DNA from: Octopus vulgaris
Lineage: Eukaryota
Assembly: GCA_951406725.2 (NCBI GenBank)
Contig: OX597816.1
Location: forward strand, 123,814,001-123,878,000
DNA: 64,000 bases
Direction: 5' to 3'
Shown here: piece by piece, positions 25,414 through 39,569 of the stretch
How the letters are laid out: every line of letters starts with the position of its first letter
How positions within the stretch are numbered: the first letter of the stretch is position 1
Notes under the pieces: model-generated
Seen by the model: the letters and a program-made list of their open reading frames with translations, nothing else
The model's database searches: none
Told to the model about the DNA's origin: nothing
Position numbers and translations under genes: made by a program

Positions 25414-27190
25414 ATGCCACAGATCTACAGAAGGAAATCAAACCATGGGAGTGATGTGGTATTGCTTAATCAAGCAGCAAAAGCAATCCAAGAGAAGAAC
25501 GGTGTTTGGGCTGCTGCATGAGCCTTTGATGTAGACCAAATGACACTCAGATATTTTATGGATAGACAGAAAAGTGATCCTCAAGGAGAAAGTGGATATA
25601 AGAATTGTCATCTGAAGAATATAATATTTCTTCCAGAAATGGGAAGCAATCTAGCAGATCATATAAAAATATTAGCAGCAAGCTATCAGGGGCTTTCCAA
25701 AGGCAAATGTCAAAGCTTATCATATGAATATGCTGTAAAGAACTGAACTGATGTTCTTGATAATGAGAAAGCAAACAAAAAGCAAGGGGAATTTTCTGGT
25801 TGGGCTTCAAAAGTCACCTTAACCTTTCCATTCACAGCCCAGAGGCAACTTCATAAGCATGAGCTACTGCATTTAATCATCATACTGTGGGCCTATCTTA
25901 CAATAACCTTGCCAAAGTAATGGATCAGCACAGATCTGAAGCACAGGACATATACAATCTTGATGAAACAGGATGCCATACTGTACAAAAGCCTGGAACC
26001 ATCATCACTGAAAGGGACGTCAAGCAAGTTGGCTTAGTCACATTGGGTGAAAGAGGTGAAATGGTGACTGTTGTTAACACTATCAACGCTGGTGGTGGAG
26101 TGCTTCCGCCCTTTCTGACTTTTCCCCGCATAAACTATCATAATCATTTCAAACATGGAGCACCAGTGAGCTCAAACAGAGCAACCACCAGATCAGGATG
26201 GATCAATGAAAAAACTTTCGTGAAGTACCTCAGACGTTTTGTGAAACAAACATGTTGCTCTCCAGACTGAAAGGTGTTGCTCATTCTAGATAATCTTGAA
26301 GTTCATGTTTACAAGCAGCAGTTGGAAGGTAAAGGCAAATGGCATTGTGCTGTTATCAATCCCCACATATACATTTTATAAACTTCAACCCTTAGACAAG
26401 GTGGTGTATGGACCATACAAAAGAGCCTGCTTACGAGTGATGGATGGGTGTCCATCTATGATGTTCCTCTGTTAGGGAACAAAGCTCATGTGTTGGCATG
26501 TGTGCCATGCAATATTCTTGCTGGTTTTCAGAGTGCAGGAATTCTGCCATTCAATAGTGACATATTTTCAGATGGAGACTATGCATCAGCAGATGTCACA
26601 GACAGAATATCATGCAGTTTCAGACCCAAATGGAAACACAGCAGGCCCAGCAGGGAACACTATTGTAAACACTGTGTCTGGTATTATAACTCCGGATACT
26701 GATCCATCATCTTCATATGCATCACCCAGAGATATAAGACCTTTACCAAAAGAAACCCCTGGAAGATGAAAGCTTCCAACAGAAAGCTAGGTTGTGCTTA
26801 AATACTTATTGAGCCAAGAAATGCCCTGTCACAGCAGAGAAATCTCTATTCACAAAGACCACAAGAATCATGAGCAAAATGATGCTATAAGATGACTGTA
26901 CATCATCTGGTGAAAGTGAGTCCAAGATGGAAATAGTTTATGATGACACTGATGACTCTCGAGGAGACGACCAGAGTATCATTGAAAGTGATTTTGTCAT
27001 AGTCAAAGTCCCTGGGAAAAAATCGAGAATCTTTCACTACATTGCTAGAGTTGATGCCTTTGAAGGTGATGAGTTTGAAGGAGTTTTACTTCATCAGGTG
27101 TTGAGCATGAACGACCATGCTACATTTGTTGTGGATGCCAAGGATGAAGCACTTTATTCAAAGTCAAATATCACAATCACGTGAACATTA
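25414..27190 (+). pseudogene. Decayed pogo/Fot1-like (DDE_1, CENP-B-type HTH) DNA transposase
   Basis: MPQIYRRKS start at 25414; IYNLDETG, GERGEMVTVVNTINAGG, SGWIN, LLILDN, LQPLDKVVYGPYK; many stops and frameshifts. Confidence 0.8.
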
Positions 27191-28645
27191 ACTTGTCACC
27201 ATATCTACAACAACAAGGAAAGATCGAAGGCGGCAGACATTGCTGCACATACAATTCTTAACACCACAACCCCTATCTTTTTAAGCTATGATGTTAAAAA
27301 GACTGTTAGCTTAGGTGTATCTTTCGTTGCTAGAAGTAACAAAGCCAACTTACATCTCTGAGCAAAGTCTTTTCTTCTTTTGAACGAATAATTTCGGAAC
27401 AAATTTTATTCATATCCTTTCATGTGAGTGATTCCAGCTAATTTCCATTTTAAAAATGGCGACTCCACATAATATTATGGATATTTCCTGTTCAGATACT
27501 TCTAATGCAGAAGCTTACTCCACTTACTTTCATCAATCCCATTTCCTATGAACTGGTAAATTTTTACTAGACGACTGAAGACAAAATTCAGCCTCTGACA
27601 GACACACACAATGGAACTTGCCTTGTTATTTTGCACACTCAAACTCTCATTGCCAAAGTACTTGAAGAAATCGTTCATTGGTGCATTCAACAATGTTCTT
27701 TCAAGTTAGCTGCTTAAATGTGGGAAATCAGCAGCTTTCTTTGTCAATAATGCACTAACACCATTCCTAGGAAGGAAGACCCTTCACCATATATGCCAAT
27801 CTTCAACCAATAACCTAAGCATCATAATCCGACACGGATGAGTATCACCCAACAGACAGCAAACAGTTTGATTATATTTTACAGTTTATTGTAAGTATAT
27901 TTAACATCAAGGGCGCTGAAAAATTTCTTCAGCAGAAATAGCAGAATAACATGGAACAGACAGTTTTCACAGCCCAGTAGAGTCCGGCAGCACAATGAAT
28001 TGCAACCAAACTATTTTGCACGTGTAACTTCACAGAAGAGACTGTCGAAAAGTTTAACTGTGCATGTTTTTATATTTACTTTTTACTTTGTTTCTATTTT
28101 TTAAAAAGGACAAAGAAAATTCACCTGCCCTGCAAAACATAATTCGTTCACAAACACATTTATATCCTTGAAGCAGACATGTTCAAAGTAAAGAGATTTT
28201 TCTTCAGACTTCTCTTACAGTCAGTTTCACATACACATCCATATTACATGGCCTTCCATATTTCTGGCCGATTATACACCATGTATGCATTTATATTGCT
28301 CACTGTTCTTGTAACATTCATTTTTAAGAGCTGTTTTCTCTATTTGCATGTGTTTCTCAGAATTTTGCAGATATGAATGTAGACAATGCTTTATTTGCTT
28401 TCACCTTGTTTCATATTCTATCTTTGTTTTGTTTTTGTAGTTTGTATTTCAATATTTGCCTTGTTTGCTGTATTGTCAGAGTTGTAAAATTTAGACTTTA
28501 CTGAAGTATTTATGCACTATTCACTTTTTATGTAAATACTCCTCTAATTGTTTCACTGTTTCTACATTTATGTAAAGAGCTGGAACAACAGTAGCAATCA
28601 ACCACACATAATGATCCATGGTCACACACACACACACACACACAT

Positions 28646-28844
28646 AAAAGATGGAAGTGGAAATAGCACAGAATTAAATCTAAGACATTTCAGTTTAAGA
28701 GGGAACTTAATAAATGATTATAAAAATAAAAATATTAGCTTTTATTTATATAATTAATTTCTATTTATATAATCTTTTATTAAATTCCCTCTTAAACTGA
28801 AATGTCTTAGACTTAATTCTTTGCTATTTTCCCCTTCATCTTTT
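28646..28844. repeat. ~200-bp fold-back palindrome
   Basis: CTAAGACATTTCAGTTTAAGAGGGAA (28680-28705) is the exact reverse complement of 28785-28810; arms extend imperfectly; microsatellite flanks. Confidence 0.8.
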
Positions 28845-28981
28845 TTTATATATAAAAATTTGATGTGTATAGATCTCTAATCTTTTTTTAACTATATATA
28901 TATATATATCGAAAGAGAGAGTGAAATAGGTAGATAGATTGATAAGTGAATCTATCTATATAAATGGGCGTGTGTCAGCCT

Positions 28982-29014
<33 letters not shown>

Positions 29015-29081
29015 TGTGTGATTGGACAAACAAAAGGAAAGTGCACTCAACACATTTCGTAGGAATAGCATGTATTATTTA

Positions 29082-29481
29082 AAACAGTTTGATACAGTTA
29101 CATGTGACTTAAACCTTTGCAGGCCTCTAAGAGAAGCTCGTCTCTTTCAGGCTTTGGATTACCGTATGGAGAGATACAGGAAATCCAAAATGGGTAGCAG
29201 AAGATAGGCTGCTATTGGTCAAGGCAGGTCACATGGCATTGACAAAAAATATCACTTGCTCAGCAATGAAAGTTCCTTTCCCTTTCTAAAGGAACTGTTG
29301 TCGCTGAGCAAGTGATATTCCTTGTCAACACCATGTGACCAACCTTGACAAATAACAGCCTATCTTTGGTAGCAATCTTGGACTTCCTGTATCTGTCCTT
29401 ACACCAATCCAAAGCTTGAAAGAGATGAGCTTCTCTTAGAGACCTGCGAAAATTTAAGTTGCATGAAGCCATATCAGACTG

Positions 29482-29484
<3 letters not shown>
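29082..29484. repeat. ~400-bp imperfect fold-back palindrome
   Basis: Arms of ~200 bp around GTTCCTTT-CCCTTTCT-AAAGGAAC (~29273-29296). The ORF track shows mirror peptides (LREARLFQALD and LREAHLFQALD) on opposite strands. Confidence 0.85.
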
Positions 29485-29522
<38 letters not shown>

Positions 29523-32500
29523 TATACGGAGATGTACTTGCATACCAAGTGACCTGATCTGAGATTGTGTGCTGGAACAAAAACAATTGCAATGTGGAAG
29601 GTGTTTATAAGCCATTTAAGAAACACACAAAAACCATTAGATTTACTTCAGCATTTAAATTGCAGCATGGAATTTTGTCAGTGAACAGGTCACGGTCTCA
29701 AAGTGATGAAAATATTTTGACAAATTAAATTTAAATGTAGATGTGAATCTAACGGTTTTTGATATAGATATAGATATATAGATATTCAATTTTAATCCTA
29801 AACGATGAAATACTCAAATGATACATGCAGATAACCAAAGAAGTGCTACTGCGTAAGTGACAAAGTAATGGCCACCTTCTTCACTAACTCTGATTAGCCC
29901 TACTTTTGACAGGCACCTGTAAAATATTTTTATATCAAGAGATTGCAAATAAAATATAGAAAAATATACAGTAATATGGCATATTATATCAGCATTATAT
30001 ACTTCCATCTTGCTTTTCGGCAATAGCGCATAATATATTCATAGGCTAAAATGACAGCCATAAATCAGTAAATGAATAGCTTGTGTCACTTTAAGCCATT
30101 ATATTCAACACCTAAATCGATTATATATTACATAATTCACGCCATTATTATCATAATTTTCATATTTTACTATAATAATCGTGCTGACTTCCTTGTATTT
30201 TGTTTCTTATATGTCATTTATTATTATAATGCTGCTTATTTTTCATACATTTCAAAATTTAATGTGTTCTCAGTTTACAAAATCGAAAACGAAAGTGAAA
30301 CAAGTTTAAATTTAATTATATAACAACAATAGACAATCATATTTAAAAGGCAAAAATAACAAAAAAAATTATATAAAACACGAGCCAGTAAGCAAGAGAT
30401 ATTAAAAAGAAGGGTAATGCATCCTTAATATTTTATCATCAATAAAGGGCCAACCAGATCAGTCAGTCACCGGTTAATAGTATATTGTCGATTAGAAAAT
30501 CCTCTTGCTTCTATGATAAAGGTCAATGAATTGTGAATCCTAAAAAGGTTAGTAACCGTTTAATAAGTATGTTGACTTCTCACTTTAATTGTCCACTTTT
30601 TATTGACTATTCTCTTTTAATGGGTTGTTATGTAAAGAAAGTAAGGGTACAGTATGGCCAAATAGTTTAAAATTTGGTTTCGTATCCATGAAGTCCTGTA
30701 TTGGAACCCACTGTGTGACATTTTGGATATATGTCTGTGTGTTGATGTTGCCTAGGATAGAGGGGAAATGGTGTAAGAGAGAAAATAAAGGATTAAATAT
30801 TATGCAAAGCTGACTCATTAGTGCTAGTCAAATGTTGACATTTGGCTGTCAGTTTTGTTATACTCAAAATGTGAATCAGGAGTGAATTCTCAAAAACTCC
30901 CCTCCCAGCCCCTGAAAAATTTTTTTCCCATCTGGAGCCTTTTTATCAAAAATTTCATTAAAAATATCCATTTTCTGGAAGTCATGAGGAAACAAAATTG
31001 GTGGGTACACTTGTGTTGCTATGACAATGATCAGTAATACCCATTTAAAGAACAGAGTCAAACTGTCTACTTGATTTTGGTGGTTATTTGCACTTATAGT
31101 AGATATTGCTTTATTTTGGTTATTTTGTACCAAAATTTATTTCTAGTCAGTTAAATGGTCCACTGGATGAACCATTATCTGTTTTGGCTCTTTATGCTCT
31201 GAGTTAAACTCAATGGTGGTCAACTTTGCTTTTCATTTTATCTGGGTTGTTAAATTAATGTACCACTCAAGTACTAAGGATGATAGTATTGATGTGCCCT
31301 TCCTCAAAATTGCTGGCAGAGCTAGCTACACTACATCCCTGAACTTTATTAAAACACCTGCTGACACCTTTTGTAGCCATCGTTTTTAGGATCCATTTTG
31401 GTTAGGCGTTGTCAGGCAAAAATAATTTTTGCACTTTCTCACCTAAAATTGAGAATATTTGCAAAGCTGTTTTTAGAAGCTTATAAAAATTCTGGAATTT
31501 AGTTTCCCATAAATTTGCCTCTTATTGTGCCAGGAGGGTGTGACATTGAGCCCTCACTAAGACATCTCTTAATTCTCTTTAACAATAATATTAATTTAAC
31601 AATGATTATGATTCCAAAGAAAATAAGAATTGTCTGTCATTTTTAAATCATCATCTGGTCTGCTGCTAAAATTTTAAATCTCACTTCAAGTTATTCCAAG
31701 TTTGGTAGGTGAAATTTGGGGCATGAAAATAATGCATAAGCCCATCAGATAGATCGAGCCTGTTCCATAGTGGTCGATGTAATCCATCACCCTGTCAATG
31801 ACCACCTGGTCATTTGGTGCTTTTAGTGCAATCTACTTTAATGTAGTCATTCAGATCAGACTCGCAGTCAGAGGATAAAATACTATCTCAATATACTACA
31901 TCCTATAGCAGCATCTTATATGTTGTGGTTTCTTCTTTCTTTTCCATTATTACCTCAGTGCTCCTTAAAAAAGGTCATGAGTGCTGCCTTTCCTTCGAAT
32001 GAGAAACTGACAATTGTGACTTCCTGTATGTCAGAAATAGAGGCTAAAATTACATAACTTCAAAAAGTTTGTAACCTTGTTTTGCTTTTAATTTCTACAG
32101 ATAAAGGTATGGGATTTTTGTCATCAAGTATGCTAAATTACATCAATGTAAAAAAATTTGAAAAATTCTGATGGTCAGAAGAAATTTAAAAAGATCCAGT
32201 CTATTGTCTTCTATTATAACTCCATTCACATCTGAGATGCATCATAAAAATATAAATCAACTACAGGACTCAACAGGTACTTCCGTTTAATCTATTGCAG
32301 AAGAGTGAAAAACAAAGCTGACTCAGTGGAATTTGATCTCAGAGTGGCAATCCTATAGTAGGCAATTCCTCGACAGATCATGTTCAGTCAAACTCTCCTT
32401 GTTCCTTCAATATTATAGATAGTTTTTACCATTGTGATTTATTGGCTAAATCACAAGAAATATATAATAAATAGTCACTCTATGTTCATTGTTTTATTTT

Positions 32501-33899
32501 TGTTTTTGTGTTTGCTCATTTCCTGCCTTTAAGCTCTCATCTTGACAAATCTCGTGATAATTAGAAATTAAAATGCTGATACGTCTAGATAATGGAGAAA
32601 AATGCCCACTGACAATCGAATCATGCAATATCTCGTGATTGTACCCTAATATAATTTTATTTTATTTGTTTGTATATTTGGCTGTCATGGATATTCTTTA
32701 TAGTGGGCTGGTTAAAATTCGATAGTAGTAACATTTGACTTAACTTTTCACTATAAAATAATTAGTTACTGAAATCTTGAAATCTTTTTTTCCTACACTC
32801 ACAGTTTTCTGAAAATACTGCACACTAATCCATTTACGTCATCCTGTTCCAATGAAGAATTTGAAAGTTTCTCACTGAGGACGTCGAAAATACTGGGAGA
32901 AAATGTTGAAATTTTACCCTCAACAACACAAACTAACATTTCTGTTGTCAGTAGTTATTGACAATGAAAATTATCATGATAGAATAACATGCATTATAAG
33001 CAAATCAGGAGATCGACCCCAGATTGTAAATATCCACCTCTGCACCAAATTAAGGGACAGATGCCAGGGCTATATGAAAATTCTATAAAGATAAGTCAGA
33101 GATAGATTAACTTTTAAATATTTTCTCCAAACTGTTTATATCATATTATGAAAGTGATGAGGTAGTTGAGTCATTGAAATGTCAGTCTTGATATAGTCAT
33201 TCTGGTTCTCTGCTCTCTGAGTTCAAATACCACAATGGGTAAATTTGCTTTACATGCACTTTAAATTGATAAATAACGCTCTGGGGTTTAGTTCTTGATT
33301 GCTTCTTCTCTTTCTCTGGATCATATACATAATTCAAAGGTCCAGTCTTATTACAATGCCTCAAGCTCATTCAGCTAGAAAATTATGTTAAGGATACATT
33401 TGTATGCAAAATATAACTTTCACAATCAATTTGAGATCATTGTTAGGTAGCAGGGTATAACAACATTCTTGTAATTATATTGTTATTTTAATATATTATT
33501 TTACTTATTATAAATTTAAATTTCCAATTATCAATGTCTAATTTTTTGCTTCCAATTTTCCAATTTTAATTTCCAGTGTCTAACTCTTAATTTCCAATTT
33601 CCAGTTTTAATTTTTCATATTAAATATTCCTTTTCCTCCAATAAATGACTGTGCTTGCTGTTCCCTAAATTCCAATCTCCGCTCCTCTCACATCAAATTT
33701 GTACTCCTGTTAATAGGCTCTTTCATCTTCATTGATTAGGTGGGTACTGATTTTAGCTTGGATATAATTGCACTTTCATTTATATAATATTTTGGTAAAT
33801 AGCGGCTTTGTTTAAAAATTTATTTTTGAGTGGTGGATGCATCTATGGTGGAGGAGGAACTCCCTAAAATTGCAAGGAATGAAGACCATTCAAATGCAG

Positions 33900-34897
33900 C
33901 TAAAGTCCTATATTTCATGTACTATGTCAAGAAAAAGTTGTTTTCTATTTTTTAAAAGCAATTTGTTCCTGGATTTCAAACAGTTAACAAAAAACTTGAA
34001 GTAGAACACAAGATCTCACTAAATTATTGAATAATCTTCAGCATCTTATTGATACACTCAGTTCAATAAATATAATGCTAGAGAAAAAACTAAATGATTC
34101 AGTTATTTAGGCTGGAAGCCATATCTTAATTATCAATTTGAGAAGGAAATCCCTGTATAAATTTACTCAGCAAGAAGAAAATAAGATAAGACTGATGCAT
34201 AAAACTTGTTGTGAATGTTATGGATATTAAACAATGTCTTCCAGAAAACTTCCGTTTTTCACAATCAACAACTTATTTTAGTGTAACAGATTGGCTTAAA
34301 CCAATAAAAACCCGGAATTATAGACCTTGCAAAGCATTTTACCAAAGATTCAGAGATTTTGACAAAAGTTTACTTTCAATGGAATTTCAAGTTAGTTTTG
34401 ACACTTCATTTTACCACATCCATATGATGATATGGAGAGAATGTTTAGCCATACGGGTTTTATGAAATCAAATAAGTGTAACTCTTTAAGCATAGAAATG
34501 CTAAGAGAAATCTTGAATACCAAATATGGACTAAAACCAATGGTAAATGTTGTTATGATTATAAACTACCTAGTGAACTGTTAAAGAAAATTGAATCCAT
34601 GGAAGTTTATAGTGCATGTGAAAGTGCAGCTGTACATCAAAATTGATCAGGAAATTTTTGAAAATGTTCTGGAGTAAAAATCAAAGGTAATTATGGTATT
34701 TCATTCTAATTTAATTGAGATTGAAAATTTTAACACAAATCTTTTGAGCTTTACATCAATCTATGGTGAATTTCATTTTTTCTTTTTTTTTTGCTTAGGT
34801 GCTTTTCTTTTTTGCTACTTTAAATTTTATTTAATGCTTTTTAGTACCTTTTACTTATCAAAATAGTGCTTTTTAAACTTTGATATTGACAACCCTG
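33900..34897 (+). pseudogene. Decayed hAT transposase 3' region
   Basis: LPHPYDDMERMFSHTGFMKSNKCNSLSIEMLREILNTKYGLK (~34410-34535) resembles the hAT C-terminal dimerisation motif; ends in TIR-like ...TTGACAACCCTG. Left boundary approximate. Confidence 0.55.
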
Positions 34898-34899
34898 CC

Positions 34900-35446
34900 T
34901 GACGATCACATAATAAACGTGTAGTAAGCTCGAAGCCAAGTCAACAGATAGCGAAGTTTAAGAATTCAAAACGCAACCTTGTCCACATTAGAGGTTGAGT
35001 TATTGACCAATCAGCAACCAGACTTCACATGATAGATCATTCTTGATCCTATTGGAATATCATAGTACAAGGGTTATAAAAGGCTTGCTTTTAGCACTAA
35101 CTTTCAGTGTGTGGCAACGGGCAGTCCAGTGCTCACACATTCTCTTGTCATTATCATAGTCATTTTAACAACTTCTGCTCAACCTGGATATATCATTAGA
35201 TTTGTCTGTTATGAATTTAATGTGTATATTTTCTCCTGTCTTGGCAAGCCTCACTACAGAGCTTTTGTAATCACTACTTATGAGTGCTGCAGAATTATTC
35301 TTTCAATTATGTTGACTTGTGAACATTTTCTAATTCATGACCAACCTGAATATTGCTTGTGCAGTGAAATAAAGTCTCCTATTAAATGTTTGTAATGAGT
35401 TGTTATATCATTCACGCAGCCTCACATGCATACCATCAGGACAACA
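34900..35446 (+). mobile_element. Possible solo LTR
   Basis: TG...ACAACA ends; CCAAT 35007, TATAAAA 35075 and AATAAA 35368 in LTR order; no TSD identified. Confidence 0.35.
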
Positions 35447-36639
35447 AAAGCTAAATTTTTTTATGTGAATGGATGTGTGTGTGTGTGTGTGTGTGCGTGT
35501 GTGTGTGTGTAATATATAAGTATGTTCATTTTAGCACGTGAGTGATAGTTTGACACTTCTGGAATAAATGTAGAACCCTGTAGCTGTTCCTTTTGGGTCT
35601 GCTAAGTATTAAGTAAACAGCTCTTTATATTGGAAAGACGAGGCCCTGAGAACTTGTTCATCAAACAGTAAATGCACCAAAGGAAAACAATGTAACTGGC
35701 TGAAAATAGCCAATAAAAACATTGTCATGCAATATACCACTTCTTTGTAACAAAGATCATTCTGATCTCTGCCAAAATTATGTCTGTGATAATGGAGTCA
35801 CAATACAATTAAAGGGTGCACTGAAAGACTTGTGACTGACCAAGACAGATCTTGTATCTATACATATGTGTGTGCATATTGGTCTGTGTGTATGTGTGTG
35901 TGTGTGGGGGGTGTAGTGGGGGTGTGAGAGAGAGAGAGAGGAAGTGTTGGTAAATAAAGAAGATAGAAAAAGATTGATAAATGAAGAAAATAGAATAGGA
36001 GTTAGTAAGGGAAGAAGATAACATAAGAAATATGATACGTTGTTTTCCTTTATCGATGACAAGTCATACTCGACTGTTTAGGGGATAACAGCATAAATAA
36101 TGTACATGTAAGTGTAAAATATTCTTTTTAAAGCAGTAGATTTGTTATAAACCAAGGTTTTGTATGTATCATTTAGGCCAGTTTACATGTATTTAGGACA
36201 GATTTAACCTAGTGCAAAAATTAGTAGGAAGAAGTGGTAGGTTTGAACTGGATTGAGGTCATATTGAATCCCATGTTTTCACAACTGCAAATGAAAAGTT
36301 AGATGTACAGAAAGAAGGTTACAATGTTGGAGAAGAACTGCCTTGGTGAGATATTAGTTCATATTTTTGATTGCTTTCTACTCAATCTATACTGATAGAC
36401 TTTTAATCTCCTTTTACACCAGCAATGAAGTAGTTGGGAGATGTCCAAAGCACTTTATACAGAACAGAATATGGTGATTGATGTAGGTTTTTGAATTGCA
36501 TGGAAAATCATGTAAGCACTGCTGAATATTGGTTGATATGCGTCAACGAGGAGTGCTGAAGATATAAGTTCAAAGTCAATGAACATAGATTACAAAATCC
36601 AGAATATCCACAGAAGGGGCGAACATAATTACTTGACAA

Positions 36640-37200
36640 GTTAATGCTTAAGTATTACCATGTACAAGTTCGGTTGATATTCAACCAATTTCATCCCTAA
36701 TCATGGAATATCCAGAAGAGCATGTACTTTTATGAATGCATGCTTTGAGAATAGATTTCAACTGTTGATAAAATCTCTCAACAACGCTACTGGCAACATG
36801 CCTGTAAGCAGTTTTGGATGCCTCTTTGCAAATCAGATGTGTCAGCTCATTGAAGAGGTTGGATACAAACCAACGTTTTCAATCTATTGTGACTTTTGAA
36901 AGTATGCTAAATGGTTCAATCTAATGCTTGGTAGTTGTTTCTGCTCTGGTATGAGCCAACAGAATGGCTTCAGGTCAACTGGTAACTAGATCAATGCAAG
37001 TAATAAGTGTATAGACTTGTGAAAAGAGGCAGTGGTCCAATGATGGCAATGTGGATGTGCTGGAAACATTGCTCAGGTGTTGTGAAGATACCAAATAGTG
37101 ATTTAACATGTTGATGGACTTAAGCTGCCAGACAAGCAACACAATGCCTAATTTATTTACTAGTGTCTCTGTCAATGTCAGTCCAGACAAAGTGAACTGA
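36640..37200 (-). pseudogene. Ty3/Gypsy integrase relic
   Basis: Minus strand FQHIHIAIIGPLP / YTLITCIDLVTS*PEAI / FVSNLFNELTHL..KTAYRHVASSVVERFYQQLKSILK matches the Gypsy rve core. Confidence 0.7.
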
Positions 37201-37519
37201 TATAATTTTCAGTATGGAGTTAGCATTAGATGAGACAATTTATGAAAGAAGAGGCACATGATGAATGATAAAGAAAATGAGGATTTGTGCAGATTTAAAA
37301 CTTCTTAGTTTTGGTCCTGGTCAGCTGCAATCAGTTGACTTTCAAGAGTAAACTGAATTACCTTATGATAAATTACCAGCAGTAATGTGAAATGGCTTCT
37401 TATAAATGAAGGAAAGAAGATCAGAGGGGATTTTATCACTTTTCTTGATATTTCAATTGTCAGTAATGAAATTGAAGTAGTGATGTCAGTCAAGCAGTGC
37501 TGTCATAGAATTTGATTTT

Positions 37520-38440
37520 GATTTCACTTGCTTCTACAGGTCTTCGCAAGCAGAGTTTAGTGTCCAATGAAGGAACGGTATGCATAAGGGGTCTGGTTAC
37601 AAAACTGGCATAGGCCACGGATTATGGTCTCACTTGGTTTGCTGGGACTACTCAAGCACAGCATATTTCTAAAGGTCTTGGTCAGTAGTCATTGCCTCGG
37701 TGAGGCCTAATGTTTGAAGGTCATGCTTCACCAACTCATCTCAGGTCTTCCTGGGTCTACCTCTTCCACAGGTTCCCTCAACCACTAGGGTGTGACACTT
37801 TGACACTTTTTCACACAGCTATCCTCATCCATTATCACCACTTGACCATACCAGCACAGTCGTCTCTCTTGCACACCACATCTGATGCTTGTTAGGTCCA
37901 ACTTTTCTCTCAAGGCACTTACACTCTGTTGAGAAAGCACACTGACATTACACATCCAGCAGAGCATACTGGCTTCATTCCTTGAATGCTAACACATGTC
38001 CTCAGATGTCACGGCCCATGTTTCACTGCCATGTAGCATGGCTGTTCATACACACGTGTCATACAGTCTACCTTTTACTCTGAGTGAGAGGCCCTTTGTC
38101 ACCAGCTGAGGTCGGAGCTTTGCCCAGGCTATTCTCATTCTAGCAGCTACACTTTCATAGCACCCACCCTGACTTGGTCACCTAGGTAACAGAAGCTATC
38201 AAATACTTCTAGTTTTTCTCCCTGGAATGTGGCAGAAGTCATTCTCTGCATATTTTCAGTGTTTATTGTGCCTGAGCATCTGCCACATACAAAAACTATC
38301 TTCCCAGTTAACCTTCCTTTGATATTGCTGCACCTCTTATGTGTCCATAGCTTACACAGGGAACATCTTATAAAGTTTCTATCTACGCCTTTTCTACAGA
38401 TCGAGCAGGGCTATCTACCTGAAGGGATTTGTAGATGCTA
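37520..38440 (-). pseudogene. RTE-clade LINE 3' fragment
   Basis: MLCWMCNVSV..LREKLDL..IRCGVQERRLCWYG..MDEDSCVKKC..GTCGRGRPRKT; upstream F.YLG-like region. Confidence 0.75.
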
Positions 38441-39239
38441 AAATAGCTTGGGTGCTAATACAGAAGATGAGCTATGAAAAACCTTTTGAAATTGTCATCC
38501 AGTAAACACTTCATTTGATTCAGCAGTTGTTAAAGCTTCTTATCCACCAGTTTTCCTGAAATAAATGGTTGATGTTTTTTGCTGTGACACTCACTGAAGT
38601 GAATTTACTTATTCCTCTCTTCAGTTCTTCCCAATTCAGAGAACATAGTGGCATTGTGATGAGGTCTTGAAATTCCTGACTAATAATTGAATGCAACCTT
38701 TGAATTATACAACAAATTTGAAGCATCTGAAATAATACTGTTTATTGCAAAATATGAATCTGCCTGGGTAATCTAGAGAGACAAGTAGACTGTCGTTGAG
38801 ATGAAGAACTGTGTCATTAGTGTTGCAGTGGGAAATGTGGATGTCATTTCTAATAAATCTGTTCCAAGTCTAAAACATTCAGAATAATTAGGTTTACCAA
38901 AATGGTTGTTAACAGAAACTGCTTATCAAAGCATTGAAGTACAGTAAAGGAATTCAAGGGTTTCTGGGAATCAAACTCATGGCCTTGCAACCGTGAGTTG
39001 ATTACTTACTATAACTACTAAGCTACTCGCTTTTAGAATGTGTGTGTGTGTATGTACACACACACATGCACACACGCATGTAGTGTTCTGTTCTGTGATG
39101 ATAAAATCAACAAAAAATACTCCATCTAGTGAGAGATGAATATTATTTAATGACATCTCTTACCAAACAATCATGGGAACCTTCTTATCAGGTGCTGCAT
39201 AACATCTCTCCTTCCTGTGTTACTTCCCATATCTCTTTC

Positions 39240-39345
39240 CCAGTTTTCAGAGTTGGCACTGTAAATATAGGCACATTGAAAGGTAGGTCTAGTGAGATTG
39301 TAGAAATGCTTGAAAGGAGATGTGTTGATGTATGTTGTGTACACT
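39240..39345 (+). pseudogene. N-terminal APE-endonuclease fragment of an RTE-type LINE
   Basis: FRVGTVNIGTLKGRSSEIVEMLERRCVDVCCV. Confidence 0.6.
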
Positions 39346-39569
39346 ATGATACAGTTCTTCATCTCAATGACCATTCTGCAAGACTAGCCTGAGTTAAAGT
39401 ACTCTATCTTTATAGATTAAGTACTCTATCATAAACCCTCACTACCACTATGACCTTATCCACCATTTCTCTGCAAGAAATATGCCCACACTCCCTATTC
39501 CATCACTATTACCTTCCCAGAAGTGTTTATACCTATGCAATGGCTGAAGCTTCTCTCCACTTTGTCAGT

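Noticed and set aside
32869-32902. TTCTCA-CTGAGGA-CGTC-GAAA...GGAGAA hammerhead-like string
   Set aside because: Only 4 nt for stem II and no valid stem III or NUH triplet.
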